Positions 28,770-38,653 of a stretch of 64,000 bases of DNA are shown here, piece after piece. The position numbers and the translations under genes were made by a program. The DNA is taken from the NCBI GenBank assembly GCA_033763555.1, contig JANRKK010000021.1, positions 4,278 through 68,277 on the forward strand. The letters run 5' to 3'. This DNA comes from Alphaproteobacteria bacterium. GTDB lineage: Bacteria; Pseudomonadota; Alphaproteobacteria; UBA9219. The notes under the pieces were generated by a model that had not been told where the DNA came from, made no database searches, and saw only the letters and a program-made list of their open reading frames with translations. Each line of letters begins with the position of its first letter. Within the stretch, counting starts at the first letter, position 1.

Positions 28770-29480
28770 ATGGCTGAAGAATTTTCCCGTTCCGGCATTG
28801 CCGGAGTTGACCGCGTCAGTTTCGACGCCGGGCTGCGTGCGCACATGCAGCGCGTGTTCAACTATATGGGCGGCGGTCTGGCGCTGACGGGTGTGCTGGC
28901 CTACATCGTGGCGAACACGGCGTTGGCGGGCCTGATCTACGGCACGTTCCTTGGCTATGTGGTGATGTTCGCGCCGCTGGTTTTCGTTCTGTACATGAAT
29001 ATCCGCATGCAAAGTATCCCGGCTTCACGGCTGCGCCTGCTCTTCTGGGGTTTCTGCGCCACCATGGGTCTTTCCATGGGATCGATTTTCCTGGTTTTCA
29101 CCGAAGCCAGCGTCGCGCGCGCTTTCTTCATCACCGCGGCGACCTTCGGCGCGATGAGCCTGTGGGGCTACACGACAAAACGCGATCTGGCGGGCATGGG
29201 CGCATTCATGTTGATGGGGCTGTTCGGTCTTCTGATCGCCAGCGTCGTCAATCTGTTTCTGGCTTCCTCCATGCTGCAATGGATGGTCTCGGTCGCGGGC
29301 GTTGTGATCTTCACGGGCCTGACCGCCTGGGATGTCCAGCGTATCAAGCAGACCTATGCCGAAGGCTGGGGAACCGAAGCCAATGACAAGCTCGCCGTGT
29401 TTGGCGCTCTGTCGCTTTATCTTAATTTTATCAATCTGTTCCAGTTTATCCTGAGCCTCACAGGCGGCCGGAGAAACTAA
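28770..29480 (+). CDS. Bax inhibitor-1/YccA family membrane protein
   Basis: 236 aa, 7-TM protein; MQRVFNYMGGGLALTG… is typical of BI-1/YccA. Confidence 0.8.
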   Translation: MAEEFSRSGIAGVDRVSFDAGLRAHMQRVFNYMGGGLALTGVLAYIVANTALAGLIYGTFLGYVVMFAPLVFVLYMNIRMQSIPASRLRLLFWGFCATMGLSMGSIFLVFTEASVARAFFITAATFGAMSLWGYTTKRDLAGMGAFMLMGLFGLLIASVVNLFLASSMLQWMVSVAGVVIFTGLTAWDVQRIKQTYAEGWGTEANDKLAVFGALSLYLNFINLFQFILSLTGGRRN

Positions 29481-29483
29481 GGA

Positions 29484-29510
29484 AAAAGCGGGGGCAACCC
29501 CCGCTTTTCT
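29484..29510 (+). terminator. Rho-independent terminator
   Basis: AGCGGGGG-CAA-CCCCCGCTTTTCTTT. Confidence 0.55.
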
Positions 29511-29701
29511 TTCCCGCTTGCGCTCCTTTTCAAATTGCGCCATGACAATGGCGGTGTTGTCACGGCCAAGCCTGTTCCCTTCGCAGGGCTTCATGTTCGG
29601 ATCCGGCAACCGGCTGTGCAAGAGGAGCTCAACAGCTTGCCGGATTAAGCAGTCCATCCGATTGTTACAAGGACTGTGTCGTGCAAAAGGAAGCAAGAAA
29701 C

Positions 29702-29908
29702 ATGCGTGGAACAGTTAAGTGGTTTAATGCGGTGAAGGGTTATGGCTTCGTCGCGCCGGAAGGAGCGTCCAAAGACGTTTTCGTCCATATCTCTGAAGTT
29801 CAGAAAGCCGGGCTGCAGGGTCTTAAGGAAGGCGATATTGTCGAATTCGACATGAGCATGGGCAAGAATGGCCGTGAAGCCGCGACCAACTTGCGTATGG
29901 CCTCCTAA
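29702..29908 (+). CDS. cspA: Cold-shock protein (CspA family)
   Basis: MRGTVKWFNAVKGYGFVAPEG…VFVHISE RNP motifs. Preceded by a ~200-nt leader typical of csp genes. Confidence 0.85.
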   Translation: MRGTVKWFNAVKGYGFVAPEGASKDVFVHISEVQKAGLQGLKEGDIVEFDMSMGKNGREAATNLRMAS

Positions 29909-29941
29909 AACATTCTTTTGGGGATTTATCCCTGAAGTTCA

Positions 29942-29977
29942 AAACGCCGCGATGGCAACATCGCGGCGTTTTTTCTT
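29942..29977 (+). terminator. Rho-independent terminator after cspA
   Basis: AACGCCGCGATG-GCAAC-ATCGCGGCGTTTTTTCTT. Confidence 0.6.
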
Positions 29978-29983
29978 GCGCCG

Positions 29984-30610
29984 TTAAACGGTGACGGGAT
30001 GCTGCACAAGCTGCAGCATCGGTACATCATGCGGCAGGTTGCCGTAGCCCCAACTGTCGGCGAAGGGGCCGTGCGCGGCGATATAGGCGGCGACCAAATC
30101 GGCCTTGCGCTGGCGCACGCAATTGCCAGACGACATCACTCCGGTAATTTTGCCGCTGCTGTTGCGTTCAAGAACTGTGCAGATCAATCCGTGATACGGC
30201 ACACCCTGCAAAAGATCTTTCAGGTAAATATCCAGGCCGCCCGAGGCGATAACAATGTGATGGCCGCGCGCGTAATGTTCCATCAGCCGCTGCCGGACAT
30301 CCTCTTTCCATCTTTGCCGTCGCCGCAACCGTTCGATGGCGGGAGCCAACTCATCCAGACTCCGTCCAGCCAGCAGGTGGCGCAGCAGGTAGGATTTGAT
30401 GAATGTGCGTTTGTCTCTCAGCTCGCGATCATAGCTGTTGACAGCCCAGCGTCCGGCATAGGCTAGCAGGGATTCCAGAAATGTCCGGATGGTTCGGCGC
30501 CAGCCCACCACATAAGCCAGAAAACTCCAGAAGCTGTCATGCTTGACCAGCGTATGGTCAAAATCGAAGACGGCAATAACCGGGCCTGTCTCAGAGGACG
30601 GAGGTTGCAT
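29984..30610 (-). CDS. HAD-superfamily hydrolase (HAD-IB-like)
   Basis: DxD motif IAVFDFDHTLV near the N-terminus. Start set at the internal Met overlapping the hemY stop. Confidence 0.6.
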   Translation of the reverse strand: MQPPSSETGPVIAVFDFDHTLVKHDSFWSFLAYVVGWRRTIRTFLESLLAYAGRWAVNSYDRELRDKRTFIKSYLLRHLLAGRSLDELAPAIERLRRRQRWKEDVRQRLMEHYARGHHIVIASGGLDIYLKDLLQGVPYHGLICTVLERNSSGKITGVMSSGNCVRQRKADLVAAYIAAHGPFADSWGYGNLPHDVPMLQLVQHPVTV

Positions 30611-31937
30611 CGCTGAACTCCAGTTCCTGCAGGGCTGTGCCTTGAACACGGCTGACGCCGGGGCTGCGCCATTCCAGCGTATTGAACTGCCCGCAATGGG
30701 CGCAGAGCGCCTGCCAGGTGGCATGCGAGCCGCCGCAGGAGCAGCACAGCCAGGCTGGATCGGCAGGCGCATCCACGGCGCGGGTCAGCCATTGCAGCGC
30801 TGCCTGCTCATCGGCGCTTTCGCGCCGTTCCAGCCGCGCCAGCAGGCGATAGGCCGATTGCGTCGCCCCGCCATGGCTGATGAGGGCGATCAAATGTCGT
30901 CGCGCTTCGCCCCAGATATCGGCGGCTAGTGCCGCTTCGGCCATGGCAAGGCGGCTGGCCGGAGCTTCTTCGCTGCCACGGCAAAGCTTTTCGATTTGCT
31001 TGCAGACTTCGATCGGGTCTTGTGCGCCTTCGCGCCATATAGCCGCCAACTGCGGATGTGGCGCGCGTTCCCAGTTTTTTTCAATCGTGCGCTGGGCCGC
31101 GCGGCGATGGCCGGAAGTTGCCTGCTGCTGCGCCAGATTGATCACGGCGGGCAGCCAGCCGGGCATTTGCTTTACGGCCTGCTCGGCGGCCTGCAGTGCC
31201 TTATCAGTTCGCCCCTGCCGCGCATCATCCTGTGATGCCGCAACCAGAAGTGCCGCGCGCTGCGCCTTGGCTTTGGCGGGTTCCAGCAATTGCGCGGAAG
31301 CGACCTGCGACAGGGCAAGATTGGCTTCGCCCCAGTTTTGCTGCCGCGCCAGCAATTCAAAACGCACCAGATTCAACCAGGGCGTTTCCGGTTTCAGGCG
31401 GTTGAGTTTTTCGATCAGCCGTTCCATTTCTTCCCAGTTGCCCGCACGACGCGCTTCCATAATCAACCCGCGATAGCCCAGCACCGCGCTTGCGGGCTCC
31501 CCGGCCAGCGCACGGAAGATTTCCTGCGCCGCGCGGTGATCGCCCGCCAGCTGCGCGGCCTGTGCCTGCAGCAATTGCGTCGTGGTTGTGGGGCCCAGCA
31601 GGCGGCGCGCATAAACGGCCTGCCGCCCAGCCTCGGCGGCATCGCCACCTGCGACGGCGACCAGCCCTTCGGCGAGATGATCTTGCCCCTGCCGCCATTT
31701 TTTCAGCTTACGGTGCAGCCTCCAGCGTTCCGGTCCGTTGCGCAGCAAATTCCAAAGACGGAACAGAAGATAAAAAACAAAACCGATGGCGACGGCACTG
31801 AAACCAAGGAAAGAGGCCGAGGTCTCGATGATATAGCCGTTCCATACCATTCGCGCCGGACCGTCGCGCGCAACGACCCAAACGGCCAGCCCGGTCAGAA
31901 GGGCGAGCTTGAGCGTGAAGAAAAAAAGCCGCCTCAC
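30591..31937 (-). CDS. hemY: HemY N-terminal domain/TPR protein
   Basis: N-terminal TM segments plus TPR-like repeats. Last gene of the hemC-…-hemD-hemX-hemY cluster. ATGA overlap with hemX. Confidence 0.7.
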   Translation of the reverse strand: MRRLFFFTLKLALLTGLAVWVVARDGPARMVWNGYIIETSASFLGFSAVAIGFVFYLLFRLWNLLRNGPERWRLHRKLKKWRQGQDHLAEGLVAVAGGDAAEAGRQAVYARRLLGPTTTTQLLQAQAAQLAGDHRAAQEIFRALAGEPASAVLGYRGLIMEARRAGNWEEMERLIEKLNRLKPETPWLNLVRFELLARQQNWGEANLALSQVASAQLLEPAKAKAQRAALLVAASQDDARQGRTDKALQAAEQAVKQMPGWLPAVINLAQQQATSGHRRAAQRTIEKNWERAPHPQLAAIWREGAQDPIEVCKQIEKLCRGSEEAPASRLAMAEAALAADIWGEARRHLIALISHGGATQSAYRLLARLERRESADEQAALQWLTRAVDAPADPAWLCCSCGGSHATWQALCAHCGQFNTLEWRSPGVSRVQGTALQELEFSDATSVL

Positions 31938-32857
31938 GGCTCGCCTTGTGCGTTGGACTTCGCCGTGGTGGCGAGCCCGGCAAATTCATGTGCCAGCGCC
32001 TGCAGAACGGCATTTACCTGCTGCCGCGCTTCGGCCTGCGCACGCCAGTCTTTCAAAACTTCCTGCGCTTCAGTGGGCAAAGACTTGGTTGATTCAAGTG
32101 CCGCAGCAACATCGCCCTTTGCCAGGGCCGTCTCTGCCGCCGTCAGCGCATCGTTCGTGCTGCCGCCATGCACAGGCCGAATAGAGATCAGGCCACGCAG
32201 CACTGCCAGAAAACGTTCCCACCAATTCTGCGCCGTCGCTTTGCCGATGGCTTGTAGCACCGCAGGTTCAAGGTTGATGAATGTTTCACGCAGGGCATCC
32301 GGCATAGGCGCGCCTTGCGCAGCATGGGGTTCAATAAGGTTCAACTTTTCCTGCAGGGCAGGATAGGTTTTGCTGGCCTGGCGCAGCGTACTCAGCTCAG
32401 CGGTAAAGTTGCGGCCTGTCTGTGCCGTATCGCGCAATTGCAGGAAGGCAATGGCCGAAGCCATGGAAGCCAGCGTCGCCTGTTGCGTTTGTGCGTTGGC
32501 GCCTGTCTGCCTCATCTCGGTTTGCAGGCCGCTGACCAGCGCGGAAAGGGCGGTCAGGTCGGACTGCAAGCGCGTGACGGCTTCGGCGGATTGCTGGGCG
32601 GTTTCAGAATGGCCATCTGTCTTCGCAGCTTCGACGCGCTGGCTCAGATCGCCGAGTTTGGTATCAAGCGCTTGCAGGCGTTGGTCGATCTCCGCCCATT
32701 TTTCCTGTGCCGCACCCGGCGCATCGCCGCGCATTTTCAGAATGTAGGGGTAGGCGAACCAGACTGCCGCACCCAGAAGCGCAAGTAAGGCGATCAGGCT
32801 CAGCCAGCAGGCCAGCTTCTTTTTCCGGCAGGATGGTGGGGCGTTCGTGTTATTCAT
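31934..32857 (-). CDS. hemX: HemX-like membrane protein (COG4223 family; not a true methyltransferase)
   Basis: Single TM then a long coiled-coil. Start is translationally coupled to the hemD stop (TAATG overlap). Confidence 0.6.
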   Translation of the reverse strand: MNNTNAPPSCRKKKLACWLSLIALLALLGAAVWFAYPYILKMRGDAPGAAQEKWAEIDQRLQALDTKLGDLSQRVEAAKTDGHSETAQQSAEAVTRLQSDLTALSALVSGLQTEMRQTGANAQTQQATLASMASAIAFLQLRDTAQTGRNFTAELSTLRQASKTYPALQEKLNLIEPHAAQGAPMPDALRETFINLEPAVLQAIGKATAQNWWERFLAVLRGLISIRPVHGGSTNDALTAAETALAKGDVAAALESTKSLPTEAQEVLKDWRAQAEARQQVNAVLQALAHEFAGLATTAKSNAQGEP

Positions 32858-33594
32858 TAGGAACCTCCGGAAACAGGGTGAAGCTGTCTCAGGCATGCGA
32901 TAACGGATTCTTCGCTGGGTTCCGGCGCGGCGGCCAGGCTGCGCCAGCGAAGCACCCGCAGCGCTTCGGCTACGGACTCGCTCAGTCCTATCGCGGTCAG
33001 GCTTTCGCAGCAAGCCTCCAATCCGCGTTGTTTCAGAAGGGCCACAAGCGTCTCCGCCGTCCGCACGGAAAAGACCAGTACGGCGTCAATTTTACGCTGT
33101 GCCAGCAGGCTGGTTGTGCCGCCCGAAAGCTGCCCGGCGGCTAGCGCGACATAAAGCGGCCAGATGGCGACCTGATAGCCCAGCCGCTGCAGTTCGTCCT
33201 GTCCGCCACTGTCAATGTCCTGAGCGGCAATATGCAGAATTGGTGAGGTTTTTTCCGCAAGGCTTTCTCCGATCAATTGGGCGAGCGCCGTACCGTCACT
33301 GTCAGAATGTCGCACATCTCTAAAACCAAAATCGCGCGCCTTATCCGCCGTGCGCGGCCCGACACAGAAACAGGGCAGGGGCAGAAGATTTTCGATGGAG
33401 TCCTTATCCAGAACCTCAAACACATTGCCGCTGGTGATCATCACGGCTTGAGGATTTTCAGCATCCGGCATCGGCAGGGCGGACGGCACGATAGTGAGCA
33501 ACGGTTCAATCACGCCATCATAGCCAGCCCGACCCAGCTCCTGCGCCAGTTTTTCCGAGGCGGCCTGCGGGCGGGTAATTAGAATATTGACCAT
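32857..33594 (-). CDS. hemD: Uroporphyrinogen-III synthase
   Basis: 245 aa; MVNILITRPQ… HEM4-like. Confidence 0.75.
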   Translation of the reverse strand: MVNILITRPQAASEKLAQELGRAGYDGVIEPLLTIVPSALPMPDAENPQAVMITSGNVFEVLDKDSIENLLPLPCFCVGPRTADKARDFGFRDVRHSDSDGTALAQLIGESLAEKTSPILHIAAQDIDSGGQDELQRLGYQVAIWPLYVALAAGQLSGGTTSLLAQRKIDAVLVFSVRTAETLVALLKQRGLEACCESLTAIGLSESVAEALRVLRWRSLAAAPEPSEESVIACLRQLHPVSGGS

Positions 33595-33596
33595 CG

Positions 33597-34379
33597 CTAA
33601 GGCGCTACCGAAGCGAGGAGTTTATCGATGACCGGGTCATGCAATCTTGCAAAAGAATCCGAACAATATTGACGGCACTGCTGAAAATTTTCCTTGTTTA
33701 TGGAAACAGGAATCGAGGCAGGAATGAGCGCTTTTATCGCTGGGTAATGGTCAACGAAGTCTTGTAGTCGACCGTTCTTATGGAGTGATGTGGTGTAAGA
33801 GCCAAACCACAAATCGATTATCCGCCCGTCATCAAAGTTAAGAATATACGAAGGTACATAGGTTGATCTGCTATACCTTCCGCCCCAATGAATGGGCATG
33901 CATTTTAGCTCCACGGACTTGATATTCTTCCAATCGTGAATTCGTTTTACGCCCCTCGAATAATCGGTAATTCCCTGTGGAGTTACATAAAATCTGCCCC
34001 AGACCATAACTGTTGAACCTCCTATCAGGATCAATAGAAGAATTGCCAGTAGGGCTGAGTGTTTTTTTAAGGACTTATAGCGGTAGCCTTTTATTTTCAA
34101 AATTGAAAAGGATAGAACTACGCCAAACAGTAATAAAAAATATGCGCTGGCCCGAACGGCAACATAGAGAAAGGGGTCAGTCAAAGAACCATATAGAATG
34201 GCTTCGGGCGTGAAGGCGTGGAGAATAAGGGCGAGTAAGTCGGAATAAAAAAAACTTAAATATGCTGCACCGTAAATTAATGCACAAATGACAACCAGCA
34301 TGCCTGCATATAGCCACCAGCTTCTATTATTATTGTTTTTTTGCTTTTTTCTGGACGGCGCAGCCATTGATTTCTCCAC
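33597..34379 (-). CDS. Hypothetical membrane protein (AT-rich gene inserted between hemC and hemD)
   Basis: 260 aa, ~4 N-terminal TM helices plus a C-terminal soluble domain. Strikingly AT-rich relative to the flanking hem genes. Stop is 2 bp from the hemD start. Confidence 0.5.
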   Translation of the reverse strand: MEKSMAAPSRKKQKNNNNRSWWLYAGMLVVICALIYGAAYLSFFYSDLLALILHAFTPEAILYGSLTDPFLYVAVRASAYFLLLFGVVLSFSILKIKGYRYKSLKKHSALLAILLLILIGGSTVMVWGRFYVTPQGITDYSRGVKRIHDWKNIKSVELKCMPIHWGGRYSRSTYVPSYILNFDDGRIIDLWFGSYTTSLHKNGRLQDFVDHYPAIKALIPASIPVSINKENFQQCRQYCSDSFARLHDPVIDKLLASVAP

Positions 34380-34424
34380 GTCTCAAAAGTAGCAGCTCCT
34401 ATTTTTCGTCACAAGGCAAGAGAC

Positions 34425-35360
34425 TTACGCCGTGAAAAAGTCCTGCGGCAGATTTGCTTTTACTTTTTTACCCAGCGACGCACCGAGCGTTTCCGGATCA
34501 CGGGCAGGACCGGTTTCGTTCATGCGGAGTAGTTCGGAGCCGTCGGGCCGCGCCGCCAGGCCTTCCAGTGTAATGGCGTCCCCCTGCAACCGTGCCAGCG
34601 CGCCAATGGGTGTTTGACAGGAAGCATCAAGCATCTCGAGAAAAGCGCGCTCGGCCCGGACGCAGGTGGAGGTTGGCGCGTGATTGAGGGCTTGCAAAAG
34701 CGTGCGCAGCGCGTCGTCTTTTTCGCGGATTTCAATACCCAAAGCGCCCTGCGCGCCCGAGGGTAGGATGACATCGGTTTCGATAATCGAGGTGATACGG
34801 TCGGCTACGCCAAGCCGCACAAGACCCGCGACCGCCAGCAGGGTTGCATCTGCGGCACCTTCATCCAGTTTACGCAGGCGCGTATCGACATTGCCGCGTA
34901 AGGGTACAACGCGCAGATCGGGCCGCCGCGCCAGAATTTGTGCCTGCCGCCGCACGCTGGAAGTGCCGACAGTTGAATTGGGGGGCAGATCGTCCAGCGT
35001 TCTGGATTTTTTGCTGATGAAGGCTTCGCGCGGATCGGCACGTTCCAGTATGGCGGCGATCACCAACCCGTCGGGCAGGCGGCTGGCGACGTCTTTCATA
35101 GAATGCACGGCGATGTCGATCGCGCCGCTTTTCAAGGAATCCTCGATTTCTTTGGTGAACATGCCTTTGTTGCCGCCGCTGTCGATGAAAGAGCGGTCTT
35201 TCTGCCCCGGCTGCCAGTCGCCATGCGTACGGATGGGTACGACCTCAATAGCAACCTCTGCGTGCAGCGCAGAAATTTTTTGACGCACTTCCTCAGCCTG
35301 CCGAAGAGCCAAAGGACTGCCGCGCGTACCCAGGCGGAGGGTGCGGTGAGATTTTTTCAT
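34425..35360 (-). CDS. hemC: Porphobilinogen deaminase (hydroxymethylbilane synthase)
   Basis: LRLGTRGSPLALRQ, GGNKGMFTKEIE, DIAVHSMKDV motifs. Confidence 0.9.
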   Translation of the reverse strand: MKKSHRTLRLGTRGSPLALRQAEEVRQKISALHAEVAIEVVPIRTHGDWQPGQKDRSFIDSGGNKGMFTKEIEDSLKSGAIDIAVHSMKDVASRLPDGLVIAAILERADPREAFISKKSRTLDDLPPNSTVGTSSVRRQAQILARRPDLRVVPLRGNVDTRLRKLDEGAADATLLAVAGLVRLGVADRITSIIETDVILPSGAQGALGIEIREKDDALRTLLQALNHAPTSTCVRAERAFLEMLDASCQTPIGALARLQGDAITLEGLAARPDGSELLRMNETGPARDPETLGASLGKKVKANLPQDFFTA

Positions 35361-35938
35361 TCAAAACTACCCAAAACGGGGGAAGAAAATACCGACAAGA
35401 AGCAAGATTTTACGCTTCTGCTTTAACAGATTTTTTACCATAGAATCAATGAATTAGTTTCAAGATTCGCATGTATAGTTTTTTGCATAGCAGTTGAGAA
35501 AAATTTTAAGAAGCCGTGCTTTAAGGCTTCGGCGCCTGCCTGAAACGGCAGCACCAAAATTCAGAAGATTGAGAGTTTCGTGATGAAGAAATTAGACCCT
35601 CAAATTCACCGAGCCGCCGCGCTTATCGCCGCTGCTCCCTTTGCCGCCCTTGGCCCTGTCGCTGTTGCTGCGTGTCTGGTTGCCCCGCTCGGATTTGGGC
35701 GAGGGGTCGACGGCACGCTGGGTTACGGGGACGCTGGCCTGGGCCTGGACATGAGGGACCGTCTTTGCCGCTTCAGTTGGCAAAGTGTTGGGTGCCACGG
35801 GCGCTGGCAGGGGCGGAACTTGCATGATCACCCTCGGGCGGTGGTTTCCCGTATTCGCCGCCAATTATCGGCCCAATTATTGCCCTGGCAACATGAAAAT
35901 TCCATTAATCATTTTGTAATAGGCAGTGTTTTAGATAA

Positions 35939-37114
35939 ATGCCGGATATTGTTGGACAAATGCAGAACGATGACCCCCCTTCGGGTTCGAGTCGCCCCAT
36001 GACCGTACGTCTCCAGCATCAGCTGCCGGCGATGTTTGCGCTGGCCCATGAACGCACCGAGGGTGCGCGCGTCCGGCTGGCGGGAATGTTGGCCGATGTG
36101 TTTCTGGCCGAAGAAAAATCTCTGTCGCTGCGCGAAGAGGAGTTGGTCAATGAATTGATCGACCAGCTGCTGCAGAACGACACGCCTGCCATCCGCGCCC
36201 AGCTGGTGCATAAATTCGCCGATACGGTGCGCATGCCGCGCAAGATGGCGATGACGCTAGCCTGCGACACGATTGAAGTCGCCGAACGCATTCTGATGAC
36301 CAGCCAGACTCTGGCGGACGAAGATCTCATCACCGTTGTCGAGACGCAGGGCAGCAACCATGCCCGCGCTGTTGCCCAGCGCGCCAGCATCAGCGAGGCC
36401 GTGGCCGATGCGCTGGTGATCACGGGCGATCTGGGCGTCATGAAGCTGGTGGCTGAAAACCTCGGCGCGCATCTGAGCGTGCAGGCGGTTGATATTGTTG
36501 CCAACGCTGCGCGTTTTGCTGCTGAACTGCGTGAACCGATCATGAAGCGTCCGGAAATGACGCCGGAGTCCGCCGCCCGTCTTTACTGGTGGGTGTCGCA
36601 GGATCTGCGCCGTTACGCGCTGAAGCGCTTTGGCATCGCCGCCGGGCAGGTGGATGAGGCGCTGGCCAAGACCATCGATGAATTTCTGAGCTACCACTCC
36701 ATGGAACGCAACAATGACAGCGTGATGGAACAGGTGGCCGATTGGCTGAATGAACGGCAGGCGGTGTCGTCGCGCATTCTGCCGCAGGTGTTGCGCCTGC
36801 AGCATTTCCGCCTGTTCAATATTCTTATCAGCCGCCTTGCGGGTCTGACCCTGTCGCTGGTCGATACGATTGTCGCTGAAACAGGCGGCCGCGGCCTGGC
36901 CGTGGTATGCCGCGCCATCGGTGTGGACAAACCCAGCTTTGTTTCGATTTTCCTGCTGTCCCGCGCGTCGCGCCCGGGCGAGCAAATCGTCCATCCGCGT
37001 GAATTGAGTGAGGCGCTGGCTTCTTTTGATCGCCTGACAGTGCCGCTGGCGCAGGATCTGCTGCGCACCTGGAAATATGACCCGTCCTACTTTGCCAAGC
37101 GCGGGGATGCGTAA
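35939..37114 (+). CDS. Hypothetical protein (DUF2336-like)
   Basis: 391-aa Ala/Leu-rich protein; the DUF2336 assignment is from memory only. Confidence 0.45.
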   Translation: MPDIVGQMQNDDPPSGSSRPMTVRLQHQLPAMFALAHERTEGARVRLAGMLADVFLAEEKSLSLREEELVNELIDQLLQNDTPAIRAQLVHKFADTVRMPRKMAMTLACDTIEVAERILMTSQTLADEDLITVVETQGSNHARAVAQRASISEAVADALVITGDLGVMKLVAENLGAHLSVQAVDIVANAARFAAELREPIMKRPEMTPESAARLYWWVSQDLRRYALKRFGIAAGQVDEALAKTIDEFLSYHSMERNNDSVMEQVADWLNERQAVSSRILPQVLRLQHFRLFNILISRLAGLTLSLVDTIVAETGGRGLAVVCRAIGVDKPSFVSIFLLSRASRPGEQIVHPRELSEALASFDRLTVPLAQDLLRTWKYDPSYFAKRGDA

Positions 37115-37545
37115 GTATTTTTTCCTGTCCTTTGGGGCCTTTTAACTTTTCTTCCTTCAAAGAAAAGTGTGCGGGAGCCTGCAAAACGCTCCAGCGAATA
37201 ATAGCTTCCGTCCTTTTTCTGGTAAACGACAAGGGCTGCGACAGGTGTCGATGCGCCTTGCTCGCCTGAAAAATTGATGCCCGCTACACCACTCCGCTCG
37301 GCAAGGAATCTTCCGGCCGGGGTTTTTTTCCGGGTGGCCAGCCACAAAACCCATCCGCGCTTGCCCCAATCCGTAATCCAGTAGCGTGTGAAAGGATGCT
37401 TGCGGGGGGATGTGAGGGTATAGCTGGCCCATTGCAGCGTCCGGCCTTCAAAATTTTCCAGCCGATAGCAATCGATACCAACGACGGACCCCGTAATAAC
37501 TTTGCCCCCGATCTTAACTGACAGCTCCTTACCCAGCTTGATCAT
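37087..37545 (-). CDS. Hypothetical protein
   Basis: 152 aa; last gene of the XRE-374aa-152aa overlapping operon. Confidence 0.4.
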   Translation of the reverse strand: MIKLGKELSVKIGGKVITGSVVGIDCYRLENFEGRTLQWASYTLTSPRKHPFTRYWITDWGKRGWVLWLATRKKTPAGRFLAERSGVAGINFSGEQGASTPVAALVVYQKKDGSYYSLERFAGSRTLFFEGRKVKRPQRTGKNTYASPRLAK

Positions 37546-38653
37546 AGAAACTCTTCTTCGTCACGGAGGAGAAAGAGGGCACGATGGCATCTTCGCTAAG
37601 GGTTATATCGATGGAGCATAATTCAAGGCTGAGCGCTGGGCAGAATTTGTTTTTGAAAAAGTCGAGGGATTCTGTTTCAGACCCGCCCAGATTCAAAAAT
37701 TCAACGCCTGAAGCATGCAGGGCCGATGCCGTTTCAACCAGGGCCAATTCCGCCAAACGGGGGAATTGAGGATTGCTGATATTGGCATGCAGGTTTGCCG
37801 TGGGTTTGGCACCTTTGGAAACATCCCACAGGGAGACAGCCTCGATCTGGCCGTCAATCAGAAACACCATGCCTTCCGCCATGGCGCTTTGACCGCGCAA
37901 CATGGAGAAAAGGCTTTCGTGAAAATCATAGCGGTCGAAATAGCTTTCACGGGAAACGGATGTGCGTGCAGCCCATTGATGGATAAGGCGGCTGAGGCCG
38001 TTTTTATGTAAATCGGCCTGCAAGGGTGCGCGGACGGCTTGGTAGCGCCGTGCGCGCGCCAGCCCGTTGCGCACATCGCCCAGCTTTCGTCCCAGAAGCG
38101 TCACCAGATTCTCTGTCGCCAGAATACGGGCGGGATAGCGCCAGTCCATCACATCTTCCGAAAGGATACGATGCGTCAAAGACCTGCCTGTAACAGCCTT
38201 CAGGCCATTGGTGATTTTATCAAGCGATGCATCCGTCGGTACGCGCGCCAGACGCAGGCCCAGAGGTGGCGTTGGCAGCATGCGCAGCAGGCTGGCAAGG
38301 GCTTTGAGAGACGCGGCATCGCTCGCGGGAAATACCAGGACATGGCCTTCGCGGTTCGGATGCCAGCAAAACAAAATGCTTTTCCCGAAGGCAGAATAGG
38401 CCCACAGCCCGTTGCGACCTGTATATAAAAAATACAAGGGTGACGTCAGGTAGCTGTCGGCATTGGATTGCAGGCAGCTTTGCAGGAAAGCGTGATTGGC
38501 GGGCTCAATTCTTTTGACGTTGGGCAATTGCTCAACGCGTTGTTCCCACGCCTCCAGAAGATTGCCGGAAGAGGGGATGCGGCGGTTGGGGCGGGACAGG
38601 GCGTTCATGGCCTTCCCTTCCGTAATATTGTGGGCTGTTCGGCATTGTCCCAT
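37529..38653 (-). CDS. Hypothetical protein, possibly GNAT/FemAB-fold (DUF2156-like)
   Basis: 374 aa; C-terminal …FLNLGGSETESLDFFKNKF… resembles the LPG-synthase C-domain/FemAB-like fold (from memory). Overlaps both flanking genes. Confidence 0.4.
   Translation of the reverse strand: MGQCRTAHNITEGKAMNALSRPNRRIPSSGNLLEAWEQRVEQLPNVKRIEPANHAFLQSCLQSNADSYLTSPLYFLYTGRNGLWAYSAFGKSILFCWHPNREGHVLVFPASDAASLKALASLLRMLPTPPLGLRLARVPTDASLDKITNGLKAVTGRSLTHRILSEDVMDWRYPARILATENLVTLLGRKLGDVRNGLARARRYQAVRAPLQADLHKNGLSRLIHQWAARTSVSRESYFDRYDFHESLFSMLRGQSAMAEGMVFLIDGQIEAVSLWDVSKGAKPTANLHANISNPQFPRLAELALVETASALHASGVEFLNLGGSETESLDFFKNKFCPALSLELCSIDITLSEDAIVPSFSSVTKKSFYDQAG

Noticed and set aside
35580-36002. 140-aa plus ORF, and competing 90-aa minus ORF at 35592..35864, upstream of the DUF2336-like gene
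   Set aside because: The two low-complexity ORFs are mutually exclusive, and neither has a recognisable motif or a clear RBS. I cannot decide which, if either, is real.
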